In this document: in pieces, positions 8,434-16,304 of the stretch | Numbering within the stretch: position 1 is the stretch's first letter | Layout of the letters: every line of letters starts with the position of its first letter | IMG/VR virus record: IMGVR_UViG_3300046786_000064 | Span: 1 to 38,169 of that record | Reading direction: 5' to 3' (one strand) | Length of the DNA: 38,169 nucleotides | Source: a virus | Lineage: Duplodnaviria; Caudoviricetes | Notes under the pieces: model-generated | Told to the model about the DNA's origin: nothing | Seen by the model: the letters and a program-made list of their open reading frames with translations, nothing else | Database searches by the model: none | Made by a program: the position numbers and the translations under genes

Positions 8434-10473
8434 CTATTTGAATGGAATGACACGTCCAACGACCTCGCCAGAACCGTCATGGTCATCAAACATAGCCCAA
8501 CACCAGTCCCCATGAACAGCAACTTTTTCTGCGTTCAGGAGTTGAGACTTGACCCGCCACCATAATTGACGGAAGTCCTTGGAGTCCAAGTCGTTACCCA
8601 TTGACGCCCTGAACTCGTCCCGCCATTGGTCAACCTTGATGGCCTTGTTGCGCATCCCGTTGATGGTTTCCATCATCCCGAACTTCTTGATGGCTGCATG
8701 GAGTGCGCGTAAGGCGTTGGAATTGTTGGTTCCAAGTCCAGCTCTGCTCGGTGGCGCTGATGGCTCCTTGCGACTGCGGTTGACATCCATGTCAGCGTCA
8801 ACTTCCACGGCTAATGAGCTGACGTTATCAAACCCCAAAAGTGTTGTGGATAACTCCACCGTAATCATCTGGAATCCGTACCTTTGACCGTCCTCACCGT
8901 CCTTCTGCTTGCTGATGTGAAAGATGCCTTTTGGCGCGTCCTCGATACGGATGATCTCCAGCTCGGTGTCCACGGCTCCTAAGAGTGAGCTGTGACCGCG
9001 CAAACCTTTGGTGGCATCCTTACCAGCGTGGTGGACGACTAGCAGTGCGCAGTTGTATCTGCCTTGGATTGCTCCTGCTGCCGTTATGAAGGCTCCCATG
9101 TCCTCACTCGCGTTCTCATTGCCACCGCCAAAGGCTCTGGCTAACGTGTCAATGACCACCAGCTCAAACTGGATGTCGTGCGTGGCTTGGATGTCATCCA
9201 CGGCTTGAATCAGGTCTTGGATGTCCGTGGCACTTGACCGCAAGTTGATCTGTTTGCGTAAAAAGAACACTGGCGCACCTGCTGGTGTTGAGTGATGCTT
9301 CTTCATGGCCTTGATACGCGCCCCGATACCACCGTGACCTTCGCCAGCTATGTACAACACCGCGCCTTGGTGCTTGACTGTCTTGGTGAGGAACTCCCTG
9401 CCCGTTGCAATGCACTCCGCAATGTCCAAGGCCACGAATGACTTGAAGGATGCTGGTGGCGCGTACAAGGCCACAAAAGCCTTCTTCGGGATGACTCCCT
9501 CGATCAACCATTCCACTGGCTCGTCATCAATGTCGTCCAGTTGCTCAATCTTGAAGGGTTGCCTGAGTGTTTGGATGGTTGATGTCTGCTCTGGTGCTTC
9601 TGTTGGTTTTTCGTCTTGCGCCACGAACCTTTCAGGAATCGTTACATCGCTGTCACTTGCTACCTTGATTGCATAGTTCTTGACGTAATCCGTCAGGTGT
9701 TGCTTGTCGTACCCGTACCTGTAGACGTACTCGTAGGCATCTTCTTTGGCTTCCTCCAGTTGCAGGTCCAAGATTCGGATGCTGTTGGCGACCTTGCTGA
9801 TGGCCTTGACTGCTTTCTTGGCGTACTCCCAACCAACCTTGTCGTTGTCTGGCAGGATGACCACGTTGAGTCCCGTGAAGTATTGGATTGCGTCTTCGGG
9901 AAAGCTGCTTGCGCCTTGATGCGTACAGGTTGCGCAGACACCAATGTGCTTCAACGCATCCGCTGCCTTCTCGCCTTCCGTCAGGAATACTGTCCGTCCA
10001 GCTTGCCTTGCCAGCTCCACCTCTGGCAAGTTGTATGGAACAATCTTCGCGCCAGTGATGCTCGAGTGCCTACGGCCTTCATCATCCACACGCAATTGCT
10101 TGTACGTCTTACCCTTGGTGTCGTTGGTCTTGTAACGCTGCTTGATGAACAGCGTCACACCGTCCTCGTCCGTGTAGTGCCACTCGTTCTCCAGAGTTGG
10201 TTGCTCAAACGGTTTGATGCTGGCTAAGAGTTCAGCGCGTGGCTCCAGCTCTGGCAGCAGACCGTAATCCCTGACGGCTGCAAACACATCGTGCTGCTCA
10301 CACCCACCGTGGCACTTGAACAGCGGCTTGCCATCCGCACCGTCAGTGATTGATAGGCTTGGATTCTTGTCCCCGTTTCCTTGCCCATGAGTTGGCAATG
10401 GACAACTCGCCAGCCAACTTCCGTTGACCTTCTTCGCGTTGCCTAGCGCCTTTGCTATTTGTTCGGCTTGCAT
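8434..10473 (-). CDS. Primase-helicase (Zn finger + TOPRIM + RepA/AAA_25 helicase)
   Basis: CPLPTH...DKNPSLSI...KCHGGC; TEGEKAAD and PDND TOPRIM motifs; APPASFKS Walker A, VVIDTLAR, VVHHAGKD, RGHSSL. Confidence 0.92.
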   Translation of the reverse strand: MQAEQIAKALGNAKKVNGSWLASCPLPTHGQGNGDKNPSLSITDGADGKPLFKCHGGCEQHDVFAAVRDYGLLPELEPRAELLASIKPFEQPTLENEWHYTDEDGVTLFIKQRYKTNDTKGKTYKQLRVDDEGRRHSSITGAKIVPYNLPEVELARQAGRTVFLTEGEKAADALKHIGVCATCTHQGASSFPEDAIQYFTGLNVVILPDNDKVGWEYAKKAVKAISKVANSIRILDLQLEEAKEDAYEYVYRYGYDKQHLTDYVKNYAIKVASDSDVTIPERFVAQDEKPTEAPEQTSTIQTLRQPFKIEQLDDIDDEPVEWLIEGVIPKKAFVALYAPPASFKSFVALDIAECIATGREFLTKTVKHQGAVLYIAGEGHGGIGARIKAMKKHHSTPAGAPVFFLRKQINLRSSATDIQDLIQAVDDIQATHDIQFELVVIDTLARAFGGGNENASEDMGAFITAAGAIQGRYNCALLVVHHAGKDATKGLRGHSSLLGAVDTELEIIRIEDAPKGIFHISKQKDGEDGQRYGFQMITVELSTTLLGFDNVSSLAVEVDADMDVNRSRKEPSAPPSRAGLGTNNSNALRALHAAIKKFGMMETINGMRNKAIKVDQWRDEFRASMGNDLDSKDFRQLWWRVKSQLLNAEKVAVHGDWCWAMFDDHDGSGEVVGRVIPFK

Positions 10474-10587
10474 TTATTCGGCATCCAATTCTTCTTCTAT
10501 TGTTTCAATGCGTTGCTCCAATTCATAGACCCTTTGAGCCAATGCAATTACGAGCAACTCCAAAAATTCTTGCGTGAGTATTTTCAT
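10474..10587 (-). CDS. Small hypothetical protein (37 aa)
   Basis: MKILTQEFLELLVIALAQRVYELEQRIETIEEELDAE; stop abuts the primase ATG. Confidence 0.55.
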   Translation of the reverse strand: MKILTQEFLELLVIALAQRVYELEQRIETIEEELDAE

Positions 10588-10593
10588 AGAGAC

Positions 10594-10630
10594 AAAAAAA
10601 CGGGACCACCGTTAGGTAGCCCCGTCTTTT
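10594..10630 (-). terminator. Intrinsic terminator after the SSB-like gene
   Basis: Minus strand ACGGGGCTACC-TAAC-GGTGGTCCCGT followed by a T run. Confidence 0.75.
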
Positions 10631-10638
10631 GCTTGATG

Positions 10639-11220
10639 TTAGAACATCTCGTCTTCTTCAACAGCTTGCGCTGCTGCTGACTTCGGTGCTGCTTGTGCAA
10701 CAGTGCCTGATGGTGTGAACTGCTGTTCGCCATCGTCTTGCGCTGCTGTCGCATCCATGCCAGCAGGACGCTCAATCCAGCTCACAATGTTGAAGGCTGG
10801 TACACGGGTTGTGCCTTTACCAATCTTTTCCAACTTTGCGCCTGTGTACTCAATCACTGGCAGCTTGCCAGCGTTGGCTGCGCGTTGCGCTGACACGGCG
10901 TTGTACAGTGCTTCAAGTCCCATGTTAGGACCGACACCGTTGCTGGACCACTCGACTAAGCCCATCTCCTTGTTGTAGAACTTAACGAGAAAGCCGCGCT
11001 TATGGTCTGGTGAAGGCTGCTTGCCTTTCTGACCTAGAGCTGCATCAGGCAACCATTCGCGTTGACCTGTAACGAGCAACAGCCAACCTGTTTGCACGTT
11101 GTCGCAATCGAACACGACCTTCTTGAGTTGGATTTCGCCTTCGCTGTTTGTCCATGCGTTGGCCTGTGGAGAGAAGCGGATGTAGTTACCACCGCCAGAT
11201 GATGATGAGAGATTAAGCAT
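10639..11220 (-). CDS. Probable single-stranded DNA-binding protein
   Basis: 193 aa, beta-rich, acidic C-terminal tail ending EEDEMF; between nuclease and primase. Confidence 0.6.
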   Translation of the reverse strand: MLNLSSSSGGGNYIRFSPQANAWTNSEGEIQLKKVVFDCDNVQTGWLLLVTGQREWLPDAALGQKGKQPSPDHKRGFLVKFYNKEMGLVEWSSNGVGPNMGLEALYNAVSAQRAANAGKLPVIEYTGAKLEKIGKGTTRVPAFNIVSWIERPAGMDATAAQDDGEQQFTPSGTVAQAAPKSAAAQAVEEDEMF

Positions 11221-11269
11221 TTGCTTTTTGCCTTTCAGGTTTATGTGTCAAACGACACGGGGGTTTGGA

Positions 11270-12334
11270 TTATTGCGCAAGTCCAACAGCTCTTGCAAGC
11301 GTCAGACCAGAAGATTCTTTTTTCGTAATGTCGTCAAGCAATGTCTTGTTGTCTTTGGGCAACAACTTACTCGCTTCTGACGGTGAGATCATTGACTGCA
11401 CATAGATTTGTTTCGTGGTGAGTCCAGCTTGCAGCAGCGCCTCGTAAGCCTTCTCCTCATCAATCCATTTGCGCAACGCACGTTTGGGTTGCATCTGCCA
11501 GCCACGAATGATTGAGCCTGACTCCAGACGCTCTGTCGCGTACTTGCGCAGCGCCTTGATGAAGTCCTCCACCACATCAACCTTTGCAAGCATTGCCGCA
11601 AGTTCATCTTCACTCATGGAGTACATCGCTGGCTGCGCTGCCACTTCATTGAACTGCTCAACGTGCGCAGGGCAAGTTGCTTTGGCTGGACACCACTGAC
11701 ACGCCTTCTCTGATGGCGTTGGTGTTGTGCTGCCTTCAGCGATTGCCACCAATGCTGGTGTGAGATTCTTTGCAGCCCACTCGTTGAGTTCCTTGAAGGT
11801 CATCTTGTGAGTGCGTGGCTCACCGTGATGAGGCTGAATGATTGCCAGCTCAATGTTGCGGAATTCTTCCTTGAGTGAACGCATCGCGCCGATGGCGTAA
11901 ATCTTCATCTGGTCAGAGTCAGCGTCAACGTAACCACGACCTGTCTTCAAGTCTGCAATGACCAGCGTGTCTTTCTCTACGCTGTACGCCATCACGTCAG
12001 CAGTGCCACCAAGATCGAGCTTGCTTGACTCGTATGCGGTGACGTATTGCTCGACCTTTAACGTGCCAAGACGCAGCTCCAAATCCCTGATGTGATTGAC
12101 GTGCTGCTGCGCGAAGTCTGCGTTGTCTGATGTGATTGTGATGCCTTCAACTTCCTTGCCAATGAAGTCGATTGGTGACACGCCCGTCAAGATGCAAGTC
12201 TCAGCAACAGCGTGAATCGCTGTGCCGATCTGCGCGGCTTCTCCTGCTGGTGTGTTTGGTATTCCTTCGCATAATTTGACGGATGCAGGGCAGTTAATCC
12301 AGCGTGATGCTGCTGATGGTCGTAACTTAATCAT
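11270..12334 (-). CDS. PD-(D/E)XK Cas4-like exonuclease (DUF2800-like)
   Basis: LRPSAASRWINCPAS, GTAIH, GGTAD, IADLKTG, QMKIYA, CQWCPAKATC. Confidence 0.88.
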   Translation of the reverse strand: MIKLRPSAASRWINCPASVKLCEGIPNTPAGEAAQIGTAIHAVAETCILTGVSPIDFIGKEVEGITITSDNADFAQQHVNHIRDLELRLGTLKVEQYVTAYESSKLDLGGTADVMAYSVEKDTLVIADLKTGRGYVDADSDQMKIYAIGAMRSLKEEFRNIELAIIQPHHGEPRTHKMTFKELNEWAAKNLTPALVAIAEGSTTPTPSEKACQWCPAKATCPAHVEQFNEVAAQPAMYSMSEDELAAMLAKVDVVEDFIKALRKYATERLESGSIIRGWQMQPKRALRKWIDEEKAYEALLQAGLTTKQIYVQSMISPSEASKLLPKDNKTLLDDITKKESSGLTLARAVGLAQ

Positions 12335-12338
12335 GGTT

Positions 12339-12566
12339 TCACTTTCTGTTGTAGGAATTTATTTCTTGCTCATGCTCATGGCTGAACAGGTTGTATATCT
12401 GCGCCCTGATCTCCTGCGGGACTGTCCAGCCGTACAACTCAGGGTCAAGCAATTGACGCATGATCTCGTTGCGATCTCTGAGCTGGTTCTGCGCCTTCAT
12501 TAGCTCAGAGCCAAGCCAGACAATGTGTTCACGCATCACTTCGGTTTCTGATTTGTTGTCGGTCAT
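12339..12566 (-). CDS. Hypothetical protein
   Basis: 75 aa, ATGA-coupled to the upstream gene; LLDPELYGWTV. Confidence 0.7.
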   Translation of the reverse strand: MTDNKSETEVMREHIVWLGSELMKAQNQLRDRNEIMRQLLDPELYGWTVPQEIRAQIYNLFSHEHEQEINSYNRK

Positions 12567-12874
12567 GCTTCACCTCTTGCTCGGATTGCGTCTTCCGCTT
12601 CTTCAAAACACATTACGGCATTTTCATCGCCAACTACCAATGCTTCATCTGCCAATCTGCCACACACTCTTGCACACGCCTCACGCTCTTGTTCAACAGC
12701 GTATTTGGTGCGTCTTGCAATCCATTCAGCATCAACGCCATCAGGAAATGCTTTAGCTGCTACCAGTTTGGCAAAGGCCACCAATGAATCAATTACTTCG
12801 GATGATTCATCAATCCAAATGCACTGGCATAACTCTGCATCATTTGCCAATGCGATTATTTCTTCTCGTGTCAT
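12563..12874 (-). CDS. Hypothetical phage protein (MTREEII...EREACA...AIRARG family)
   Basis: Start reassigned to ATG 12874, which overlaps the resolvase stop (ATGA). Confidence 0.75.
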   Translation of the reverse strand: MTREEIIALANDAELCQCIWIDESSEVIDSLVAFAKLVAAKAFPDGVDAEWIARRTKYAVEQEREACARVCGRLADEALVVGDENAVMCFEEAEDAIRARGEA

Positions 12875-13341
12875 AACTGTTTCATCCCCCACATTGCAAT
12901 GAGTACGGCTTCAGCACGACCATCGTGCTTGACCAGCTTGAACCACTCTTGTTTTTCTGGGTGCAGCTCCATTGCGCGATGGCGCGATGCGTCCTTGCCG
13001 TAACCTTTGTTCATTGTTCTTGCCCACACCGCTGGTTGGACGTATGAGACAGGTACTTCAAGTGCTGCAAGGACACCTTCAATCACGCCAGCAGAGCGTC
13101 CAAAAGCGAACATGGATGCAACTCCTTGGTTTGGCATTGACGCGACCTTCTCGACTGCTGCATGGGTCGGCTGCATATTCTTAATGATGCCAACCAAAGC
13201 CTGTGCTGATACTTGACGTTTGACGGTCTTACCACGCTGGATTTCAACGATGGGCATATCCTCAACACGCTCAAGGCGACCATCAACAATCAATGCAATT
13301 GCACCGTTGTTGCCAACATCAATCCCGCAACAGCGAATCAT
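12871..13341 (-). CDS. RuvC-like Holliday junction resolvase
   Basis: GIDVGNNGAIA, AVEKV, QGVASMFAFG, DGRAEAVLIA. Confidence 0.88.
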   Translation of the reverse strand: MIRCCGIDVGNNGAIALIVDGRLERVEDMPIVEIQRGKTVKRQVSAQALVGIIKNMQPTHAAVEKVASMPNQGVASMFAFGRSAGVIEGVLAALEVPVSYVQPAVWARTMNKGYGKDASRHRAMELHPEKQEWFKLVKHDGRAEAVLIAMWGMKQL

Positions 13342-13559
13342 GCTGATTCCTTGGTGAGCGTGTCAATGCGCGTTGCAATGAGCCTGTCAAGCGCCTGTTT
13401 GAGCTTGTCCACGGATGACACCAATGGAACTGTCTTGCCTGAAATCCAACGAGAGACTTGGGCTTGATCAAGGCCAGCCTCACGACTGACCTCTGCCATG
13501 TTGAAGCCAGCAGCCGCAGCTCGTTTCTTGATGTCTGTGATGTATGTAGATGTGTTCAT
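13338..13559 (-). CDS. XRE/Cro-like HTH transcriptional regulator
   Basis: MAEVSREAGLDQAQVSRWISGKTVP HTH; first gene of the leftward operon. Confidence 0.88.
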   Translation of the reverse strand: MNTSTYITDIKKRAAAAGFNMAEVSREAGLDQAQVSRWISGKTVPLVSSVDKLKQALDRLIATRIDTLTKESA

Positions 13560-13601
13560 GTGTAGTATGTTAACATGAACTTGACTAGGTGATCACATGA
13601 G

Positions 13602-13634
13602 CAAAAAGATGGGTGACAGCGAACCGCCACCCAT
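13602..13634 (-). terminator. Intrinsic terminator of the putative sRNA
   Basis: ATGGGTGGCGG-TTCG-CTGTCACCCAT-CTTTTT on minus. Confidence 0.75.
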
Positions 13635-13694
13635 TGAAGGCAACTGCGCAGAGGAGAGCCACGCAGCATTGGCTGGAGAAACCTACCAGCCAAG
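13602..13694 (-). ncRNA. Putative small RNA with two anti-SD-loop hairpins and an intrinsic terminator
   Basis: -10 TAAAAT at 13699-13704; hairpins 13669-13693 and 13644-13666; 11-bp UUCG stem 13609-13634 plus U5. Confidence 0.6.
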
Positions 13695-13745
13695 TACGAT
13701 TTTAGGGATTTGTTGCAAAAAAAGCACATTCAATAAAAATAGTTG

Positions 13746-13773
13746 TTGACATGGTAGTCAAGTGTGATATGAT
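13746..13773 (+). promoter_or_regulatory. Sigma70-type early promoter with overlapping palindromic operator
   Basis: TTGACA-16 nt-TATGAT with extended TG, AT-rich upstream; TTGAC-N6-GTCAA at 13746-13761. Confidence 0.8.
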
Positions 13774-13804
13774 TCATTCATCAACAACGCAACTGGAGCA
13801 AAAC

Positions 13805-13972
13805 ATGAATACTTACAAAATTGTCATTGAAGCAAACCTTAACAAAGTTTCATTGAAAGATTATTCAGTCAACTACGTTGATGTTCAGGCAAAAAATGCA
13901 GATTTTGCTGTGTTAAATGCTCAAAAACAATACGGTGAAAATTTTGTAGTTGGACTTGTCAGCGCAATGTAA
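13805..13972 (+). CDS. Small early hypothetical protein (55 aa)
   Basis: GGAG SD before ATG 13805; AT-rich; first gene after the promoter. Confidence 0.7.
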   Translation: MNTYKIVIEANLNKVSLKDYSVNYVDVQAKNADFAVLNAQKQYGENFVVGLVSAM

Positions 13973-14007
13973 TTCAACGGGGCTTCGGCCCCATTAAAGG
14001 AAAAATC

Positions 14008-14208
14008 ATGAAACTAAACGAAACAACCCGCCGCTTTCCCAACACCATGCGTGACGCATTTGGTGAGAACCACTACGACTTGGAGCGCCAGCAGCGTTGG
14101 GAATGGCTTGAAGGCCATCAGTCCAACAGTTCAGTAGAGGCTGAGTTCTGGGTGTACATCACCCTCGCCTTTGCTGCTGGTTTCTTGGTCTGTCATCTGT
14201 TTGCTTAA
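14008..14208 (+). CDS. Hypothetical protein with C-terminal TM helix
   Basis: AAGGA SD; TTRRFPNTMRDAF; FWVYITLAFAAGFLVCHLFA. Confidence 0.75.
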   Translation: MKLNETTRRFPNTMRDAFGENHYDLERQQRWEWLEGHQSNSSVEAEFWVYITLAFAAGFLVCHLFA

Positions 14209-14231
14209 TGCTGTTTGAGGAGGAACAACAT

Positions 14232-14438
14232 ATGTCAGAGAAACTGCAAACAGAGATTGATGAGATTGTGATTGACTTCATCCGCAGAGCTGGTGGCAAG
14301 ACAGGTGTGATTCGTCCTGATGAGCTGGCCTCAATGATTCGTGAAGCAGCCAACCGTGGCGCGATGGCTGGATGGCTCAATGGCGTGAAGCAGGAGCGCC
14401 AGCACTCGCGCAGTAAACAAATGCAGGAGCAGAAATGA
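14232..14438 (+). CDS. Hypothetical protein
   Basis: GAGGAGG SD before ATG 14232. Confidence 0.72.
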   Translation: MSEKLQTEIDEIVIDFIRRAGGKTGVIRPDELASMIREAANRGAMAGWLNGVKQERQHSRSKQMQEQK

Positions 14439-14605
14439 GTGAATTAAATGTCATGGCACTTGCTGTTTTTATGCGTGGTATTTCAGTTTGCTTATGTGTT
14501 GTAGCTGCTGCATATCTTGCGCATGAAGGAAAAGATGGATGGGGATGGATGATATTTTTAGCAATATGTCTTGGTTCTTATTCATACAAATACACAAATG
14601 ATTGA
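14435..14605 (+). CDS. Small two-TM membrane protein (56 aa)
   Basis: MSELNVMALAVFMRGISVCLCVVAAAYLAHEGKDGWGWMIFLAICLGSYSYKYTND; ATGA overlap, GGAG SD, AT-rich. Confidence 0.7.
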   Translation: MSELNVMALAVFMRGISVCLCVVAAAYLAHEGKDGWGWMIFLAICLGSYSYKYTND

Positions 14606-14614
14606 AAGAAACAA

Positions 14615-14884
14615 ATGAAACTCAAATGGAATAAAGCGCCCGTTAAAACACAATGGGGACACGACATGGTTGAAACGTGTGTTGCGCTTGACAAAGACCA
14701 CACGCTTTCGATGTACTGTGAACGCGACCAGACGGACAAGGTGCCCAAGGTACTCAAGCCTAAGTGGAAAAGTCTTACCGAGCGTGAAATCGAAGCGTTG
14801 ATTCTTGAAGGCGACACATACTGGTGGAACGCAGAAGACTACATTCGTAATGTTCAAGAAAAACTCAAGGATAAGAACAAATGA
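14615..14884 (+). CDS. Hypothetical protein with WxxLT...LKxKN C-terminal module
   Basis: 89 aa ORF in a coupled operon. Confidence 0.72.
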   Translation: MKLKWNKAPVKTQWGHDMVETCVALDKDHTLSMYCERDQTDKVPKVLKPKWKSLTEREIEALILEGDTYWWNAEDYIRNVQEKLKDKNK

Positions 14885-15069
14885 GAAACAGAATTGAAGC
14901 CCTAATGATGGCGCGTGAGCTGGAGTCCTACCAAGCAGTTGGCACATCAAAGATTGCAAACCTGATTTGCGGCTTGGTGAAGGACTTGGAGATTGCAGAG
15001 CAGGAAGTTGAGTCGCTTAATGAGCGTGTCAAGCAGCTTGAGATTGAATTGATGGTGCAGGGCCAATGA
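14881..15069 (+). CDS. Hypothetical coiled-coil protein
   Basis: 62 aa, ATGA overlaps on both sides. Confidence 0.7.
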   Translation: MRNRIEALMMARELESYQAVGTSKIANLICGLVKDLEIAEQEVESLNERVKQLEIELMVQGQ

Positions 15070-15542
15070 GTCGCAAGAAATCAAAGTACAAACCTAAAGG
15101 CGTTCGCCTTGACGCTGTTCAATGGGTCATCAATGGCTTCAGGAACATCAGCCAGACGGGTGACGCTGTGCTGCACTTGAAGATTAAGAACCATGAGTCA
15201 TTGGAGTGTCTGCGCAAGGGCGAAGCCACGCGCATGGACATTGACGCAATCATCAGCGCCTTCAACATGGCTGAAGCACTGGCAAGGATGCAGATTGGCG
15301 ATGACTATGCAGCAGAGATCAAGGCAGGGCAGGATGCTTTGCTTGACGCTGCCAAGCGTGGCGTGAACCGTGATGACAGGTTTGTCTTGAAGGCTGCTGA
15401 GTTGTCTGCAATTAACTTGGTGATGGAAATCCATGACGCGCAGCTTGAAATCACCACCATCGGTGAACTTGAAAAGGCAATGGACATCGTGACAAAAGAG
15501 ATCAGGATGCGCAGAGCGCGTCCAGTATTGGAGAAGACATGA
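15066..15542 (+). CDS. Hypothetical phage protein
   Basis: 158 aa, basic N-terminus RKKSKYKPKGV, coupled on both sides. Confidence 0.8.
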   Translation: MSRKKSKYKPKGVRLDAVQWVINGFRNISQTGDAVLHLKIKNHESLECLRKGEATRMDIDAIISAFNMAEALARMQIGDDYAAEIKAGQDALLDAAKRGVNRDDRFVLKAAELSAINLVMEIHDAQLEITTIGELEKAMDIVTKEIRMRRARPVLEKT

Positions 15543-15688
15543 TTGATGATGATGATGACTACGAAGCGTGTAGCTGGTGCGGTGGCTGCGGTGAAGGAAT
15601 GTATGACGGTGCAGCCTGTCGTAAGTGCCACGGAACTGGCGTTGAGCCACCAGAACCAGAAGTAGGGCTGTGCTATGACATCGACTAA
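15539..15688 (+). CDS. Mini protein with DnaJ-type Zn finger (49 aa)
   Basis: MIDDDDDYEACSWCGGCGEGMYDGAACRKCHGTGVEPPEPEVGLCYDID; two CxxCxGxG motifs. Confidence 0.7.
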   Translation: MIDDDDDYEACSWCGGCGEGMYDGAACRKCHGTGVEPPEPEVGLCYDID

Positions 15689-15788
15689 TTGGCCTTTTCC
15701 TCCGTGTCCACCAGTACCGTGGACGAACAAGCAAATCAAAGAACACGCGCAACAGCAACGCGCACAACTGCCAGAGGCTCCGCTATGA
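15675..15788 (+). CDS. Small proline-rich protein (37 aa)
   Basis: MTSTNWPFPPCPPVPWTNKQIKEHAQQQRAQLPEAPL; ATGA overlap with the next gene. Confidence 0.6.
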   Translation: MTSTNWPFPPCPPVPWTNKQIKEHAQQQRAQLPEAPL

Positions 15789-15982
15789 CCCGCAAACCCA
15801 TTGGTGTAACAGTCCCGTACCGCTTGCCTGAAAAGAAAGAAAAACGTAAGTGGGTTGGGCTGACGGAACAAGAGCGCAATGATTGTTTGGTTAGCGCAGA
15901 CCCTTGTGAAGCATTAGCCAAACCAGAAGCACGACAGTTGATGGAAGACGTTGAACAAGCATTAAAAAGAAAGAACACATGA
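15785..15982 (+). CDS. Hypothetical protein with WVGLT...LKRKN module
   Basis: Start at ATG 15785 with GAGG SD. Confidence 0.7.
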   Translation: MTRKPIGVTVPYRLPEKKEKRKWVGLTEQERNDCLVSADPCEALAKPEARQLMEDVEQALKRKNT

Positions 15983-16164
15983 AGTACATCGACCTTATCG
16001 CGTACCCAATCATGCTGGCTGCTGTCTACGTTCTGATCGGCCTTGCCAACTGGAACCGCGACCCAGAGTTCTGGCAGTACGCTGACCGCTGCATCTGGGT
16101 TATCTGGGGCTTGGCATGGGGTTACGCACTCCAGTGCCGCATCAAGCGTGGTGGTGCAGCATGA
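15979..16164 (+). CDS. Small two-TM membrane protein
   Basis: 61 aa, two hydrophobic segments, ATGA-coupled. Confidence 0.7.
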   Translation: MKYIDLIAYPIMLAAVYVLIGLANWNRDPEFWQYADRCIWVIWGLAWGYALQCRIKRGGAA

Positions 16165-16304
16165 CAGACTTTTCAGTTGAAGACATCTCCAACATCGCGC
16201 TGCTGTGCTTTGTTCTTGGTGTTGGCTTTATTACATTCGTGGCAGTATCTATGCTGTACCTTGCATCTCTCTTTTTAATGGAATCAATCAATGACAGAGA
16301 CTAA
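16161..16304 (+). CDS. Small membrane protein
   Basis: MTDFSVEDISNIALLCFVLGVGFITFVAVSMLYLASLFLM...; ATGA overlap at 16161. Confidence 0.6.
   Translation: MTDFSVEDISNIALLCFVLGVGFITFVAVSMLYLASLFLMESINDRD

Noticed and set aside
7955-8515. 186-aa plus-strand ORF over the origin repeats
   Set aside because: Antisense to the 7583-8263 gene, no RBS, no recognisable protein features.
11270-12334. CRISPR-associated Cas4 / CRISPR system
   Set aside because: No repeat-spacer array or other cas genes; the context (SSB, primase, resolvase) indicates a phage replication/recombination nuclease.
13979-13992. Intrinsic terminator GGGGC-TTCG-GCCCC
   Set aside because: No U-tract on the coding strand and genes continue downstream; more likely a stabilising or processing hairpin.
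15198-15871. Two ~189-aa minus-strand ORFs
   Set aside because: Shadows of a tightly coupled plus-strand operon.
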